Positions 1 to 9,549 of a stretch of DNA of 32,000 bases are shown here, one piece after another. The notes beneath the pieces were generated by a model. That model was not told where the DNA came from, made no database searches, and saw only the letters and a program-made list of their open reading frames with translations. The position numbers and the translations under genes were made by a program. The DNA comes from Fastidiosibacter lacustris. Lineage in GTDB: Bacteria > Pseudomonadota > Gammaproteobacteria > Francisellales > Francisellaceae. How positions within the stretch are numbered: position 1 is the stretch's first letter; each line of letters opens with the position of its first letter. The stretch lies in contig NZ_QLIR01000017.1 of the NCBI RefSeq assembly GCF_003428155.1, forward strand, positions 7,976-39,975, given 5' to 3'.

Positions 1-61
1 CACTAGTTGCTATAGCTGCATTCCCTGCCATATTGCTCTCCAATAGGTAAATACATGACAT
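1..61 (-). CDS. 5' end of an unidentified gene that runs off the left edge (partial)
   Basis: Minus-strand ATG at 59-61, preceded by AAGGAG and a 6-7 nt A-rich spacer. The frame stays open to position 1 (MSCIYLLESNMAGNAAIATS...). It lies 63 nt downstream of the aminotransferase stop on the same strand. Only 20 codons are visible, so no function can be assigned. Confidence 0.3.
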   Translation of the reverse strand, partial: MSCIYLLESNMAGNAAIATS

Positions 62-124
62 TTTTTTCTCCTTCTAGTTAGCTTTTTAAAATCAAGTTAC
101 ACTATATAACTTTAAAAGTGGTGA

Positions 125-1498
125 TTAAATTAAACTCTTTAAGCAGGCTGTTAGCTCATTCTCAAAGGCTCTTGTTAATAGCTTTCTTCCTTCATGAAAA
201 CCACTTAAGTCAAGTTTGCCTGAATAAGTATGGTGTTCGATCAAGTCTGTCCCATTTAGAATTCTTTTGCTAAGTTGGAGCTCAGTTTTCTGTTGAGCCA
301 AATATGTTTTTTTCAGCCCAACTGACGAATATGCCACTCTAATTTTGATTTTATCAAATCCCATTGTAATAGCCGGAGATAGCGCTAATTTGAAATTCCT
401 TAATGCGTAACTTGAAAAATCAAGGCTATTTCTTATAGACAATGCTTTGACCTTCTTTTTTGCGAGTAATTGATCAAAACACAGTACAATGCCATGTCCT
501 GATTCTGGTTGATGCAAAACTGAAACTAATTCTTCTTTCAGGCTATGGTTTATCTCTTTTACCAACATATTTATAATTCCCACCCTTTTTTTGCATTCAA
601 CGCTATTTTCTTCAAAATAGCTCTTTGGAATGCAAAAAGCCGCAGACACCATATCACCCAGTATTTTGGGGATAGTGGCAGAACGACTGATAATAAATGA
701 GTTGATCTCAGAAATTATTTCCCGCGACCCACAACACCATCCTATGCGTAAATTTGCTAGGTTAAATCGCTTAGAAGCGCTCTTAACGGTAATAACTTTG
801 TCAGCATACTCTTTGAAAGCTTCTAGTTGAGGCGTTCTGTTGGAAAAATCAAATTCTGTACCTGAAAATACGCTATCAACGATAACCCAAATCTGATAAT
901 CATAAGCAACTTGAGCAAGTTTTTTCAATTCACACTTCGTATATATCGCTCCGCTATGGGTAGGATTTTGCAGGAAAAGTCCATTTATTTGTTTATTCTC
1001 ATTAAGATAAAGGATTAACTCTTCTGCTGTTAATTTATAATCGCTATCTAACTTGGTATATAAATGATTTAGATTACCTCCATACAATGAAAACCATTTA
1101 GGAACATTGTGGTAATAAGAGGTTGGTATGACAAAATGAAGGGAACCAAGCTTTTGTTTTAAAATTTGTAGAATCGAACAAATAAGCGTTGAAGATCCAA
1201 AATCAATTGCAATATTTTTTGCAATATCTTGATCAATACCATCTTCAATAAAATCTGAGAAAATATTGTGCTTTAATTCATCATGTTCTTGCAAGTACAA
1301 ATAATCATCCAAAGAGCCATTTACAGAATCTAATAACGACACAATTCCTTTAGTAAGGACATCAGGATGAGGTCTTCTTATCCCGTCACCATGCGCCAAA
1401 GAAACGATATCCTTATCAAACATTGAAGGATATAATTTTAGTTCAGAGTCATTAATCCCGCCCAGTATTTTTCTTGCTTCAGTGAGATGCTTAAGCAT
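125..1498 (-). CDS. PLP-dependent aminotransferase, class I/II fold (substrate unknown)
   Basis: 457-aa ORF with an ATG start. Family motifs are present: LQNPTHSG (NPxNPTG-like), VIVDSVFSG (D-x-x-Y/F) and the PLP-lysine motif KSASKRFNLANLRIGW (SxSK...R-x-G). Its ATG overlaps the upstream gene's stop by 8 nt (ATGCTTAA), which implies translational coupling. Confidence 0.8.
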   Translation of the reverse strand: MLKHLTEARKILGGINDSELKLYPSMFDKDIVSLAHGDGIRRPHPDVLTKGIVSLLDSVNGSLDDYLYLQEHDELKHNIFSDFIEDGIDQDIAKNIAIDFGSSTLICSILQILKQKLGSLHFVIPTSYYHNVPKWFSLYGGNLNHLYTKLDSDYKLTAEELILYLNENKQINGLFLQNPTHSGAIYTKCELKKLAQVAYDYQIWVIVDSVFSGTEFDFSNRTPQLEAFKEYADKVITVKSASKRFNLANLRIGWCCGSREIISEINSFIISRSATIPKILGDMVSAAFCIPKSYFEENSVECKKRVGIINMLVKEINHSLKEELVSVLHQPESGHGIVLCFDQLLAKKKVKALSIRNSLDFSSYALRNFKLALSPAITMGFDKIKIRVAYSSVGLKKTYLAQQKTELQLSKRILNGTDLIEHHTYSGKLDLSGFHEGRKLLTRAFENELTACLKSLI

Positions 1499-2630
1499 GA
1501 ATTAACTCCCATTTTTCAGCGAACTTCTTATAGCGTGAAGCTAACTCCCAAGCATGTACCTCAATATTTTTAGTATCAATGTTCTTGCAATAATAACCCA
1601 AAACAGAGTGCACAATCTCGACAGAGGCATCCATGAGAATGACTCTCCCATCCTCCGTAATTTCTTGAATACCATCAAATTGCTGACCAAGTTTATTGAT
1701 TTGTATGGCTTGCTCTAGAGTAACATCTTCTGGGAGGTCAAATTGATATTGTCCAGCTTTTATTTGCAATGGATAGCCTCCAATTAACCCCATAGGTCCT
1801 GGCGCATGAACTGAAGTAAATTCCTTATTAGTAAAGGCCTGTATTAACCTGGCTGCTGAAGAAGCAGTAATCCACATTCCATCTTTTCCACGTGGGCGAG
1901 TAAGCTCTGTTTTCACTAAATTAAAAATATCATCATGAGAGATCCCAACTAAAAGATCCTCTCCATTTCTATCTCTTGCTTCCAGTATGTATGGGGCTTT
2001 AGATTGTCCTTGTGATGGAATAGCATTGCTGACTGCATGGTGGCAAACCATCTTTACGTGCACTTCATGTACATTGATCTCATGTTTTAATGCAATAGCA
2101 GATTGTATGGCAGGAACTATATTGGCAACATTACCTATTCCAATATCAGGGGAGAGTCCAAGTGTTTTTAAAGCCGGATTTATAGCATCTGGAAATGCTG
2201 AGTTAATCACAATACCTTTGATTCCACTTTGTTTATATGCCTTCATTAACTTATAAACAGGCGCAAGATGCATAGGAATCCACGGTCCAATACCAGCTAA
2301 AGAAAGCGCTTTGTAAATTGGCTCTGGGAGACTTGAAATTACCCAATAAGACTGCATAGTTGCTGTATTAAAGATTATATCAGGGTTGAGTTCTTTTAGC
2401 GTGCACGATGTTTCTTCAACATTGTCTAGATCAATATTTACATGACGTATAGTTATATGATTATTCAGATTAAGTGAAGACAATGAGGCAAGATTTACCA
2501 GTTGCTTTCCTCTAAGACTATTTCTAGTTCCAATGATAATTTCAACTTGCTTAGGCTCTAGCAACGTCCAACTTAACATTTTTGTTACCATAGACGCCAA
2601 AACACCATTCCCTATAATTAACAATTTCAT
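1491..2630 (-). CDS. Rossmann-fold NAD(P)-dependent oxidoreductase, saccharopine-dehydrogenase-like (tentative family assignment)
   Basis: Long ORF. I prefer the ATG at 2630 because it gives an N-terminal beta1-GxGxxA motif (MKLLIIGNGVLAS) and follows a very strong RBS (AGGAGGGAAGGAA). The track start at 2681 would add 17 aa. The layout of dinucleotide-binding domain followed by VINSAFPDAINP resembles the Sacchrp_dh family, but I cannot confirm this without an HMM search. Confidence 0.55.
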   Translation of the reverse strand: MKLLIIGNGVLASMVTKMLSWTLLEPKQVEIIIGTRNSLRGKQLVNLASLSSLNLNNHITIRHVNIDLDNVEETSCTLKELNPDIIFNTATMQSYWVISSLPEPIYKALSLAGIGPWIPMHLAPVYKLMKAYKQSGIKGIVINSAFPDAINPALKTLGLSPDIGIGNVANIVPAIQSAIALKHEINVHEVHVKMVCHHAVSNAIPSQGQSKAPYILEARDRNGEDLLVGISHDDIFNLVKTELTRPRGKDGMWITASSAARLIQAFTNKEFTSVHAPGPMGLIGGYPLQIKAGQYQFDLPEDVTLEQAIQINKLGQQFDGIQEITEDGRVILMDASVEIVHSVLGYYCKNIDTKNIEVHAWELASRYKKFAEKWELIHA

Positions 2631-2755
2631 TTCCTTCCCTCCTACAGGTATTCCTTCTTGATTAATACTATTAAAGTCCATAATATAGTCATCCTACAAA
2701 ACGAAACAATACCACAAAAAATAAGATTATCAAAAATAAATCTCAAACTGTAAAA

Positions 2756-3445
2756 CTAAAGAAATTCTATTGCATTTTTCATCTGCCAGATTTTGATTTC
2801 CCAACCATTCTTGAGTGCAAGTTTTTTAAGCTTAGGATCTGGATTAATGCAAATAGCTTGATCAACAATTTCTAGTAATGGTGCATCGTTAATTGAGTCA
2901 GAATAAAATATGCTGTTTTTAAATAGTTTTTGTTGTTGAGCAAGCCATTGCTGATAATGATAAACTTTCCCTTCAGCAAAGCTCAGAGGCTCAAGCACTT
3001 CTCCTGTGATTACCCCATTTTCCTTGATGCTTTGTACACCAATAATATTATCTTCTTCAAACCCAAGCAATAAACCAATTGGACGAACAATGTCAATTAT
3101 ACTGGCTGAAATAAGTAGAATTTTACCACCTTGAGCTATACTCTTTTGGATGGTATGATATGCCTCAGGATAAGTACATTCATTGACAATATATTCGGCA
3201 AAATTATTAAATATTTTTTGCAAGTCATCACTGCTATAGCCAATCAGCGGTTGCAATATAAAACGAGAAAAGCCAAGCATATCAACTTGACCTTCAAGAT
3301 AAGCGCGGGCATAGGCATTTTTAGTTGCCATATAAGCTTTTGGGTTATTCACAAAGTTTTGTTGACAGAGATATTTTGTCCACTCATTAGAGCAGTCAAC
3401 AGAAATAAGAGTATGGTCAAGATCAAAAAGAGTGATGTTAGGCAT
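2756..3445 (-). CDS. HAD-superfamily hydrolase, subfamily IB (SerB / TIGR01490-like phosphatase)
   Basis: 229 aa. HAD motif I is FDLDHTLI (DxDxT), motif II is LLISAS, and motifs III/IV are K...YSDSINDAPLL. The cap insertion between motifs I and II is typical of subfamily IB. Confidence 0.8.
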   Translation of the reverse strand: MPNITLFDLDHTLISVDCSNEWTKYLCQQNFVNNPKAYMATKNAYARAYLEGQVDMLGFSRFILQPLIGYSSDDLQKIFNNFAEYIVNECTYPEAYHTIQKSIAQGGKILLISASIIDIVRPIGLLLGFEEDNIIGVQSIKENGVITGEVLEPLSFAEGKVYHYQQWLAQQQKLFKNSIFYSDSINDAPLLEIVDQAICINPDPKLKKLALKNGWEIKIWQMKNAIEFL

Positions 3446-3497
3446 TATAATAAATTCTTACATATTTATGTTGCTTTAGTTTACATGACACTTCCCA

Positions 3498-3517
3498 CAT
3501 TGCACTAGAGTGCAATG
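3498..3517. promoter_or_regulatory. Perfect palindrome CATTGCACT-AG-AGTGCAATG in the divergent HAD / recN intergenic region (candidate operator)
   Basis: 9-bp perfect inverted arms with a 2-nt spacer, read directly from the sequence. It lies 53 nt upstream of the HAD ATG (3445) and 141 nt upstream of the recN ATG (3658). The spacer is too short for a stable hairpin loop, so a dimeric-protein binding site is more likely. Confidence 0.35.
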
Positions 3518-3657
3518 CAACTTGCAGCACAGTTTTTATCATACCTCTTATAATAATTTAGAATTATCAAACCCACACCCCTCAATGATATTTTAAAAGA
3601 TTTTTGCCTTAAGATATGTTAAATTTTTGGTACACTGTGTTTGATACGAAAGAGCCT

Positions 3658-5319
3658 ATGCTAAGTTTTTTGAGTATTAAAAATTTTGCCATCATCAAAA
3701 GCACTGAAATCCATTTTAAACAAGGCATGACCACTATTACCGGAGAAACTGGTGCTGGAAAGTCAATCTTGTTAGATGCACTTAATATTGTGCTAGGTGC
3801 AAGAGTTGACAAATCGAATTATCCTCAGAGTGAACCTTGTGAAATCTCCGCTATTTTTATTATTAAAGATATTCCTGAAGCAATACGTTTTCTAGAAGAA
3901 TTGGAACTCAATGAAGGCAGTGAATGTATTTTACGGCGCATTATCCATCATGATGGTAAAAACCGTGCTTTTATTAATGGTGCTCCAGTCACGTTAAACC
4001 AACTCAAAACATTAAGCCCGTACCTTATTAGTATTTATGGTCAAAATGCGCATCACAGTTTACTTGAATCAGCTAATCAACTCTTACGTTTAGACACTTA
4101 TGCAGGTCTTATCAATGAAATTGAGTCACTTTCACAAACTTATAAAACTCTAACTGAGCTTACTCATGCTATCACTGACGAAGAAGAGAAAATTGCTAAG
4201 GAAAAAATAGCTTTGGTCTTGATGCAGTATCAATATGATGAACTTAAACAACTTGAATTGAAAGAAGATGAACTTCAGCAATTAGATAGTGATCACAAGC
4301 AACTAGCTAATGCTAAAGGACAAATTCAAGCTATTGCGCAGATAAGCGATATTGTAAATGACAGTGAACAAAGTTTATTAAGTATGATAGATCACCTATT
4401 AAATAGCCTATATTCTTATAGTGAACAGCCACAGTTCAAAAACATATTAGAACTACTTACACAAGCTAAAGTCTATCTCCAAGAATGTGATCAAGAAGCA
4501 AAATCAATTCTTAATCAGTTGGAAGTCAATCCTGAGAAGCTCTATGAGGTTGAGCAAAGACTCGATCATATTTATAAGCTTGCTCGTAAACATAAAGTCG
4601 AACCGAAATTATTATATCAACATATCGCAGAACTTGAACAAAGCTTATCCCTTCACGATCAAAGTGAACAAAAGCTAAAAGAATTAATCGCACAAAAAGA
4701 TGTGCTGCAACAAAGTTATCTTAACCTGGCCAAAGACCTAAGTAACAAGCGTCAAATAGCAGCTAAAGCATTTGCTAAAGAGATTGAAACACATATTCAT
4801 AAGCTTAATATTCCTAAAGGCGAATTTTATGTCAAACTCACACCAAGCAAAACACAGCAGGCGACAGGGATAGACCACTGCGAATTTTTGATTAACTTTA
4901 ACACAGGACAACAAGCTGCTGTAATTGACAAAGTCGCTTCAGGTGGAGAATTAAGTCGTATTGGTTTAGCTATTCACGTCGTTTCTTCTAAAAAAATAGC
5001 ACCTCCTACTATTATTTTTGATGAAGTAGATGTAGGAATTAGTGGTGGCACTGCTGAGATCGTTGGCAAACTATTAAAACAGGTTTCACAAAATGCCCAA
5101 ATTCTCTGTATCACTCATCAAGCACAGGTGTCCATTCAAGGCGATCAACAACTTCATATTGTTAAAAAACACCTCAAAGATCATACGGTTTCTGAAATCA
5201 TTGAGCTTGATAAAAATCAGCGAATTCACGAAACTGCTCGCATCATTGGTGGTGTTGAGATGACCGATAAAACCTTACAGCATGCAAAAGAGATGTACGA
5301 ACTTTATCATTTGCAATAA
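3658..5319 (+). CDS. recN: DNA repair protein RecN
   Basis: Walker A GETGAGKS, SMC-type signature ASGGELSRIGLAI, Walker B IIFDEVDVGISG and a long coiled-coil middle. The ATG at 3658 gives MLSFLSIKNFAII (the canonical RecN N-terminus) and 553 aa. The track start at 3616 has no RBS and lies upstream of an extended -10-like TGgTACACT at 3628-3636. Confidence 0.93.
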   Translation: MLSFLSIKNFAIIKSTEIHFKQGMTTITGETGAGKSILLDALNIVLGARVDKSNYPQSEPCEISAIFIIKDIPEAIRFLEELELNEGSECILRRIIHHDGKNRAFINGAPVTLNQLKTLSPYLISIYGQNAHHSLLESANQLLRLDTYAGLINEIESLSQTYKTLTELTHAITDEEEKIAKEKIALVLMQYQYDELKQLELKEDELQQLDSDHKQLANAKGQIQAIAQISDIVNDSEQSLLSMIDHLLNSLYSYSEQPQFKNILELLTQAKVYLQECDQEAKSILNQLEVNPEKLYEVEQRLDHIYKLARKHKVEPKLLYQHIAELEQSLSLHDQSEQKLKELIAQKDVLQQSYLNLAKDLSNKRQIAAKAFAKEIETHIHKLNIPKGEFYVKLTPSKTQQATGIDHCEFLINFNTGQQAAVIDKVASGGELSRIGLAIHVVSSKKIAPPTIIFDEVDVGISGGTAEIVGKLLKQVSQNAQILCITHQAQVSIQGDQQLHIVKKHLKDHTVSEIIELDKNQRIHETARIIGGVEMTDKTLQHAKEMYELYHLQ

Positions 5320-5426
5320 CCATAACAAAAACCAAAGTGCATAATTCAAAGTGATAAAATCTGTAAAATGGTTTGTGATAGGTATATAATAATGCCACTT
5401 CACTCAAAGTATAAAAAAATTTCTAA

Positions 5427-6233
5427 ATGTTGATTTATCCACAAATTGACCCCGTTGCATTTTCACTTGGTCCAATTAAAGTACACTGGTATGGCATTAT
5501 GTATCTTGTGGGCTTTGCTGGGGCGTGGGCTCTTTCACTTATCCGTTGCAAAAAACCATATAGTCCGATTAATAAAGACCAAGTTTCTGATATGATTTTT
5601 TATGCAGCTTTGGGCGTTATCGTAGGCGGACGCCTTGGCTATATGGTTTTTTATGATTTATCTAATTTCATCAGTGCACCTTGGGTTATTTTTAAAGTCT
5701 GGGATGGTGGCATGGCATTTCATGGTGGTTTAATCGGAGTGATTCTTGCAATCTCCTTATTTTGCCGCAAACATAAATGTAATGTTTTTGATATTCTTGA
5801 TTTTATTGCTCCTATGGTGCCGATTGGACTAGGTGCTGGACGATTGGGTAATTTTATAAATGGTGAGCTTTGGGGGCGTGTAACAGATTCCCCGATTGGA
5901 ATGATTTTTCCAAATGGCGGTCCTTTGCCACGTTATCCTTCCCAGTTATTGGAGTTTGCATTAGAAGGAGTGGTATTGTTTGTTATTTTATGGTTTTTAT
6001 CACGTAAGAGACGACCTCGTTTGTTTATCTCAGCAAATTTCTTGGTATGGTATGGACTCTTTAGATTCATTGCTGAGTTTTTCCGTCAACCTGATTCACA
6101 AATGGGTTATATGCTATTTGACTGGATGACGATGGGACAATTATTATCTTCACCTATGATTATTTCTGGGCTTTTAATCTTACTATATCTTTCGATGCAA
6201 AATAAGAAATCTACTCAAATCCATAAGGAGTGA
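5427..6233 (+). CDS. lgt: Prolipoprotein diacylglyceryl transferase
   Basis: Polytopic membrane protein. The N-terminus [24 protein letters not shown] is Lgt-like, and the Lgt signature motifs FHGGLIG and [14 protein letters not shown] are present. Confidence 0.93.
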   Translation: MLIYPQIDPVAFSLGPIKVHWYGIMYLVGFAGAWALSLIRCKKPYSPINKDQVSDMIFYAALGVIVGGRLGYMVFYDLSNFISAPWVIFKVWDGGMAFHGGLIGVILAISLFCRKHKCNVFDILDFIAPMVPIGLGAGRLGNFINGELWGRVTDSPIGMIFPNGGPLPRYPSQLLEFALEGVVLFVILWFLSRKRRPRLFISANFLVWYGLFRFIAEFFRQPDSQMGYMLFDWMTMGQLLSSPMIISGLLILLYLSMQNKKSTQIHKE

Positions 6234-6235
6234 CG

Positions 6236-7069
6236 ATGCAACAATACCTTGACTTTCTACGTTATATAAATAGCCATGGCATAGTTAAAACAGATCGCAC
6301 AGGCACAGGTACTAAAAGCATTTTTGGCTATCAGATGCGCTTTGATTTAACAAAAGGTTTTCCGCTTGTCACCACCAAAAAAGTCCATTTTAAAAGTGTA
6401 GTTTATGAGCTTTTATGGTTTTTAAAAGGCGATACCAACAACAATTACCTTCTTGAGCACGGCGTACGCATTTGGAATGAGTGGGCGCTGGAAACCGGAG
6501 ACCTTGGTCCTATTTATGGCAAACAATGGCGTAGCTGGCAAACGCCTACAGGAGAGACAATAGATCAAATTCAACAAGCCATTGATCTAATCAAATTTCG
6601 TCCAGACTCAAGGCGTATTATTGTAAATAGTTGGAATCCTGCGGTTTTACCAGACGAATCCCTCTCGCCTCAACAAAACGTTAAAAAGGGAAAAGCAGCA
6701 TTGCCACCTTGTCACACTTTGTTTCAATTTTATGTCGCAAATAATAAACTTTCGTGTATGCTCACTCAACGCTCGGCTGATGCGTTTTTAGGTGTGCCAT
6801 TTAATATTGCTTCATATGCCTTATTAACATATATGGTTGCACAACAATGTAATTTAGAAATTGGCGAGTTTATCTGGTCGGGTGGTGATTGCCATATTTA
6901 CAGTAATCATCATGAACAAATACAAGAACAACTTTCACGTAACCCTTTTCGATTACCAACGCTTTCTATCAATCGTAAACCTGAGTCTATTTTTAGCTAT
7001 GAGTTTAATGATTTTGAGGTCGTAAACTATCAATTCCATCCCACAATAAAAGCTCAGGTTGCCGTATAA
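6236..7069 (+). CDS. thyA: Thymidylate synthase (ThyA type)
   Basis: [11 protein letters not shown] start with AAGGAG 6 nt upstream, inside the end of lgt. The track's GTG at 6230 is less likely. Catalytic-Cys motif [13 protein letters not shown], plus [19 protein letters not shown]. The conserved lgt-thyA adjacency matches E. coli. Confidence 0.95.
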   Translation: MQQYLDFLRYINSHGIVKTDRTGTGTKSIFGYQMRFDLTKGFPLVTTKKVHFKSVVYELLWFLKGDTNNNYLLEHGVRIWNEWALETGDLGPIYGKQWRSWQTPTGETIDQIQQAIDLIKFRPDSRRIIVNSWNPAVLPDESLSPQQNVKKGKAALPPCHTLFQFYVANNKLSCMLTQRSADAFLGVPFNIASYALLTYMVAQQCNLEIGEFIWSGGDCHIYSNHHEQIQEQLSRNPFRLPTLSINRKPESIFSYEFNDFEVVNYQFHPTIKAQVAV

Positions 7070-8310
7070 TGACACAACAAATGACCTCTTTAAATAAAGC
7101 TGCTATTAAAGTTCTTCTACTTGAAGGCATCCATGAACAAGCGCAAAACGCTTTTATTCAAGCAGGTTACAACAACGTACAAACGCTCCCACATGCACTA
7201 GATGACGATGCACTCATTATCGCTTTACAAGATATTAAAGTTGTGGGAATACGATCACGTACACAATTAAGCGAAAAAGTACTTAAAGCATGCTCTCACC
7301 TGATCGCTATTGGTTGTTTTTGTATTGGCACTAACCAAGTAGATTTAGATGCTGCACAAATTTTAGGCATTCCAGTTTTCAATGCTCCTTTCTCAAATAC
7401 ACGTAGTGTCGCTGAGCTTGTAATCGGTCAAATGATTTTACTTTATCGTAACGCTATAGATAAAAACATCCAAATGCACCGTCAAAATTGGCTAAAATCA
7501 ACAGCTGGTGCACATGAGGTGCGTGGGAAAACACTTGGTATTATCGGTTATGGGCACATCGGATCTCAAGTAAGCGTACTCGCTGAAAATTTGGGATTGA
7601 ATATCCTTTTTTATGATATTGAAAACAAGCTCCCATTAGGCAATGCCAAAGCATGTGCTAGCATTTTTGACTTATTAAAACAATCTGATATCGTCACACT
7701 TCATGTGCCTGATACACCTAGCACACAAAACATGATTGGTCAAAAAGAGCTAAGCTTGATGAAGGAAGGAAGTGTTCTTATTAATGCTTCACGTGGTAAC
7801 GTTGTGGATATTAAAGCACTTTCTGATGCACTTAAGTCAGCACATTTAAAAGGTGCTGGAATCGATGTTTTTCCTAAAGAGCCTTCTAAGAATGGAGAAT
7901 TATTTGAAAGTGAACTTATTGGGTTAAATAACGTATTTTTAACACCTCATATTGGAGGTAGCACACTGGAAGCCCAACAAAACATAGGTCTTGAAGTTGC
8001 TGATAAGCTTATTAAATATAGTGACAACGGCTCAACTATTTCAGCAGTGAATTTCCCTGAGCTTTCTTTACCCACACAAGCAAACGTCCATAGAATCTTG
8101 CATATCCATGAGAATAAACCAGGCACGATGCGTGCAATCAACCGTGTTTTTTCTGACCATAACATTAACGTTGAAGGACAATTTTTAAGAACACTTAATA
8201 ATATTGGTTATGTGGTTATAGATATTAATAGTATTGAGGATACTTCACGTGTACTCGTGCAACAATTAAAAGCGATTGACGGTACTATTCGCTCACGTGT
8301 CTTATTTTAA
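7069..8310 (+). CDS. serA: D-3-phosphoglycerate dehydrogenase with C-terminal ACT domain
   Basis: NAD-binding motif GIIGYGHIGSQV, the D-2-hydroxyacid dehydrogenase catalytic region ASRGNVVD...TPHIGGST, and a C-terminal ACT-like HRILHIHENKPGTMRAINRVF. At 413 aa it matches the E. coli type. TAATG overlap with thyA. Confidence 0.9.
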   Translation: MTQQMTSLNKAAIKVLLLEGIHEQAQNAFIQAGYNNVQTLPHALDDDALIIALQDIKVVGIRSRTQLSEKVLKACSHLIAIGCFCIGTNQVDLDAAQILGIPVFNAPFSNTRSVAELVIGQMILLYRNAIDKNIQMHRQNWLKSTAGAHEVRGKTLGIIGYGHIGSQVSVLAENLGLNILFYDIENKLPLGNAKACASIFDLLKQSDIVTLHVPDTPSTQNMIGQKELSLMKEGSVLINASRGNVVDIKALSDALKSAHLKGAGIDVFPKEPSKNGELFESELIGLNNVFLTPHIGGSTLEAQQNIGLEVADKLIKYSDNGSTISAVNFPELSLPTQANVHRILHIHENKPGTMRAINRVFSDHNINVEGQFLRTLNNIGYVVIDINSIEDTSRVLVQQLKAIDGTIRSRVLF

Positions 8311-8313
8311 AAC

Positions 8314-9549
8314 ATGAATACCGCACTTACTAATATTCGAACTTACATTATTCAATATGATAGCCAACACCTATATGTTGCTTATAGTGGTGGGATAGAT
8401 TCTAGTGCACTTTTATACCTATGCTCACAATTAGCGTCAGAAGTTTCTGTACATGCCATTCATATCCATCATGGCTTAAGCCCTAATGCTGATAATTGGT
8501 TTATACATTGCCAAAATCAAGCTTATGCTTTAAATATTGATTTCATCAGTCACAAACTTACTCCTCCTAATAATAAAAGCAATATCGAAAGCTGGGCTCG
8601 TAATAAGCGTTATACTTTCTTTCAAGAAGTTTTATCTCTTAACCCTAATAGCTTGCTTGTCACTGGTCACCATATTGAAGATCAAGCCGAAACATTTTTA
8701 CTAAATGCACTTCGTGGTAGTGGTGTTAAAGGTTTAGCATCGATTGCACCACAACAAGCTTTTGCTAATGGACATTTAATTCGTCCTTTTTTACATTTGA
8801 CTAAGCATGTTCTACATAAATTCTGTATAAAGCATGGTCTAAAATGGATTAATGATGAAAGCAATGACAATATAAATTTAAGACGAAATGCCATTCGTCA
8901 TATAATTATGCCTAAGCTTTGTAACATTACAGAAAGTGCAACGATAACGTTGACTAGGAGTGCAAAGCTTTGTGCTGAGGCACATCAATTAATACAAAGT
9001 TTCTTATATCCTCTTTTAGATACTGTGCGTGTTGATAAAAATCATATTAACCTTAATCATCTGCACACTTACCCTATATTACAACAAAAGCATATGGTTA
9101 AACTCTGGCTTGATGAATTAAATTGCCACGTTTCATTTGAACAACTTGAGCAAGTTTGCCTTGGAATCAGCAAAGCCTGTAGTAATTGGCACTTTGAACT
9201 CAGTGATCATATGCTTCACATTGAAAATAAGCGATTGTTTATTACAGCTAAGATGAATGATATCAACCTCAATCACAAGTCAAGTAGAGATGAAATATTT
9301 AGCTGGCTTAAACTCCAAAACCCAAGTTTTAATATGCCAAAAGAAGTACTCCTTATACGTAATCGCGAACCTCATGATCGCTGCCAACCGATAGGGCGCA
9401 ATCACAGTCAAAAATTAAAAATTATTTTTCAAGAAAAAGGAATTAGTGCTGTTAAACGTAAACAGGCTTTAATCATTTGCCTTAAGCATGATCCAAATAA
9501 CATTATTGCAGTTTATCCTTTTTTTGTTTGTCGTTCTGGGCAAACGTAA
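8314..9549 (+). CDS. tilS: tRNA(Ile)-lysidine synthase
   Basis: N-terminal PP-loop YVAYSGGIDSSALL (SGGxDS), followed by the TGHHIEDQAETFLLNALRG motif typical of TilS/MesJ. Confidence 0.88.
   Translation: MNTALTNIRTYIIQYDSQHLYVAYSGGIDSSALLYLCSQLASEVSVHAIHIHHGLSPNADNWFIHCQNQAYALNIDFISHKLTPPNNKSNIESWARNKRYTFFQEVLSLNPNSLLVTGHHIEDQAETFLLNALRGSGVKGLASIAPQQAFANGHLIRPFLHLTKHVLHKFCIKHGLKWINDESNDNINLRRNAIRHIIMPKLCNITESATITLTRSAKLCAEAHQLIQSFLYPLLDTVRVDKNHINLNHLHTYPILQQKHMVKLWLDELNCHVSFEQLEQVCLGISKACSNWHFELSDHMLHIENKRLFITAKMNDINLNHKSSRDEIFSWLKLQNPSFNMPKEVLLIRNREPHDRCQPIGRNHSQKLKIIFQEKGISAVKRKQALIICLKHDPNNIIAVYPFFVCRSGQT

Noticed and set aside
3131-3508. 125-aa plus-strand ORF, and the other 62-90-aa track ORFs that lie antisense inside long genes (630-830, 1987-2256, 3609-3812, 4487-4678, 7947-8165, 8682-8894, 9894-10085, 13016-13222, 13842-14075, 14633-14833, 17007-17225, 20528-20800, 21284-21472, 21910-22110, 22314-22529, 23047-23250, 25645-25845, 26399-26602, 28256-28480, 29194-29400, 31000-31233, 31503-31736)
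   Set aside because: All are fully embedded in, or overlap, much longer ORFs that carry clear family motifs. None has a convincing RBS or a recognisable motif. These are typical shadow ORFs.
3628-3650. Possible LexA (SOS) box upstream of recN
   Set aside because: Only a CTGT half-site is present (3635-3638). The position 8 nt downstream reads CGAA, not ACAG. There is no full CTGT-N8-ACAG in the 212-nt upstream region.
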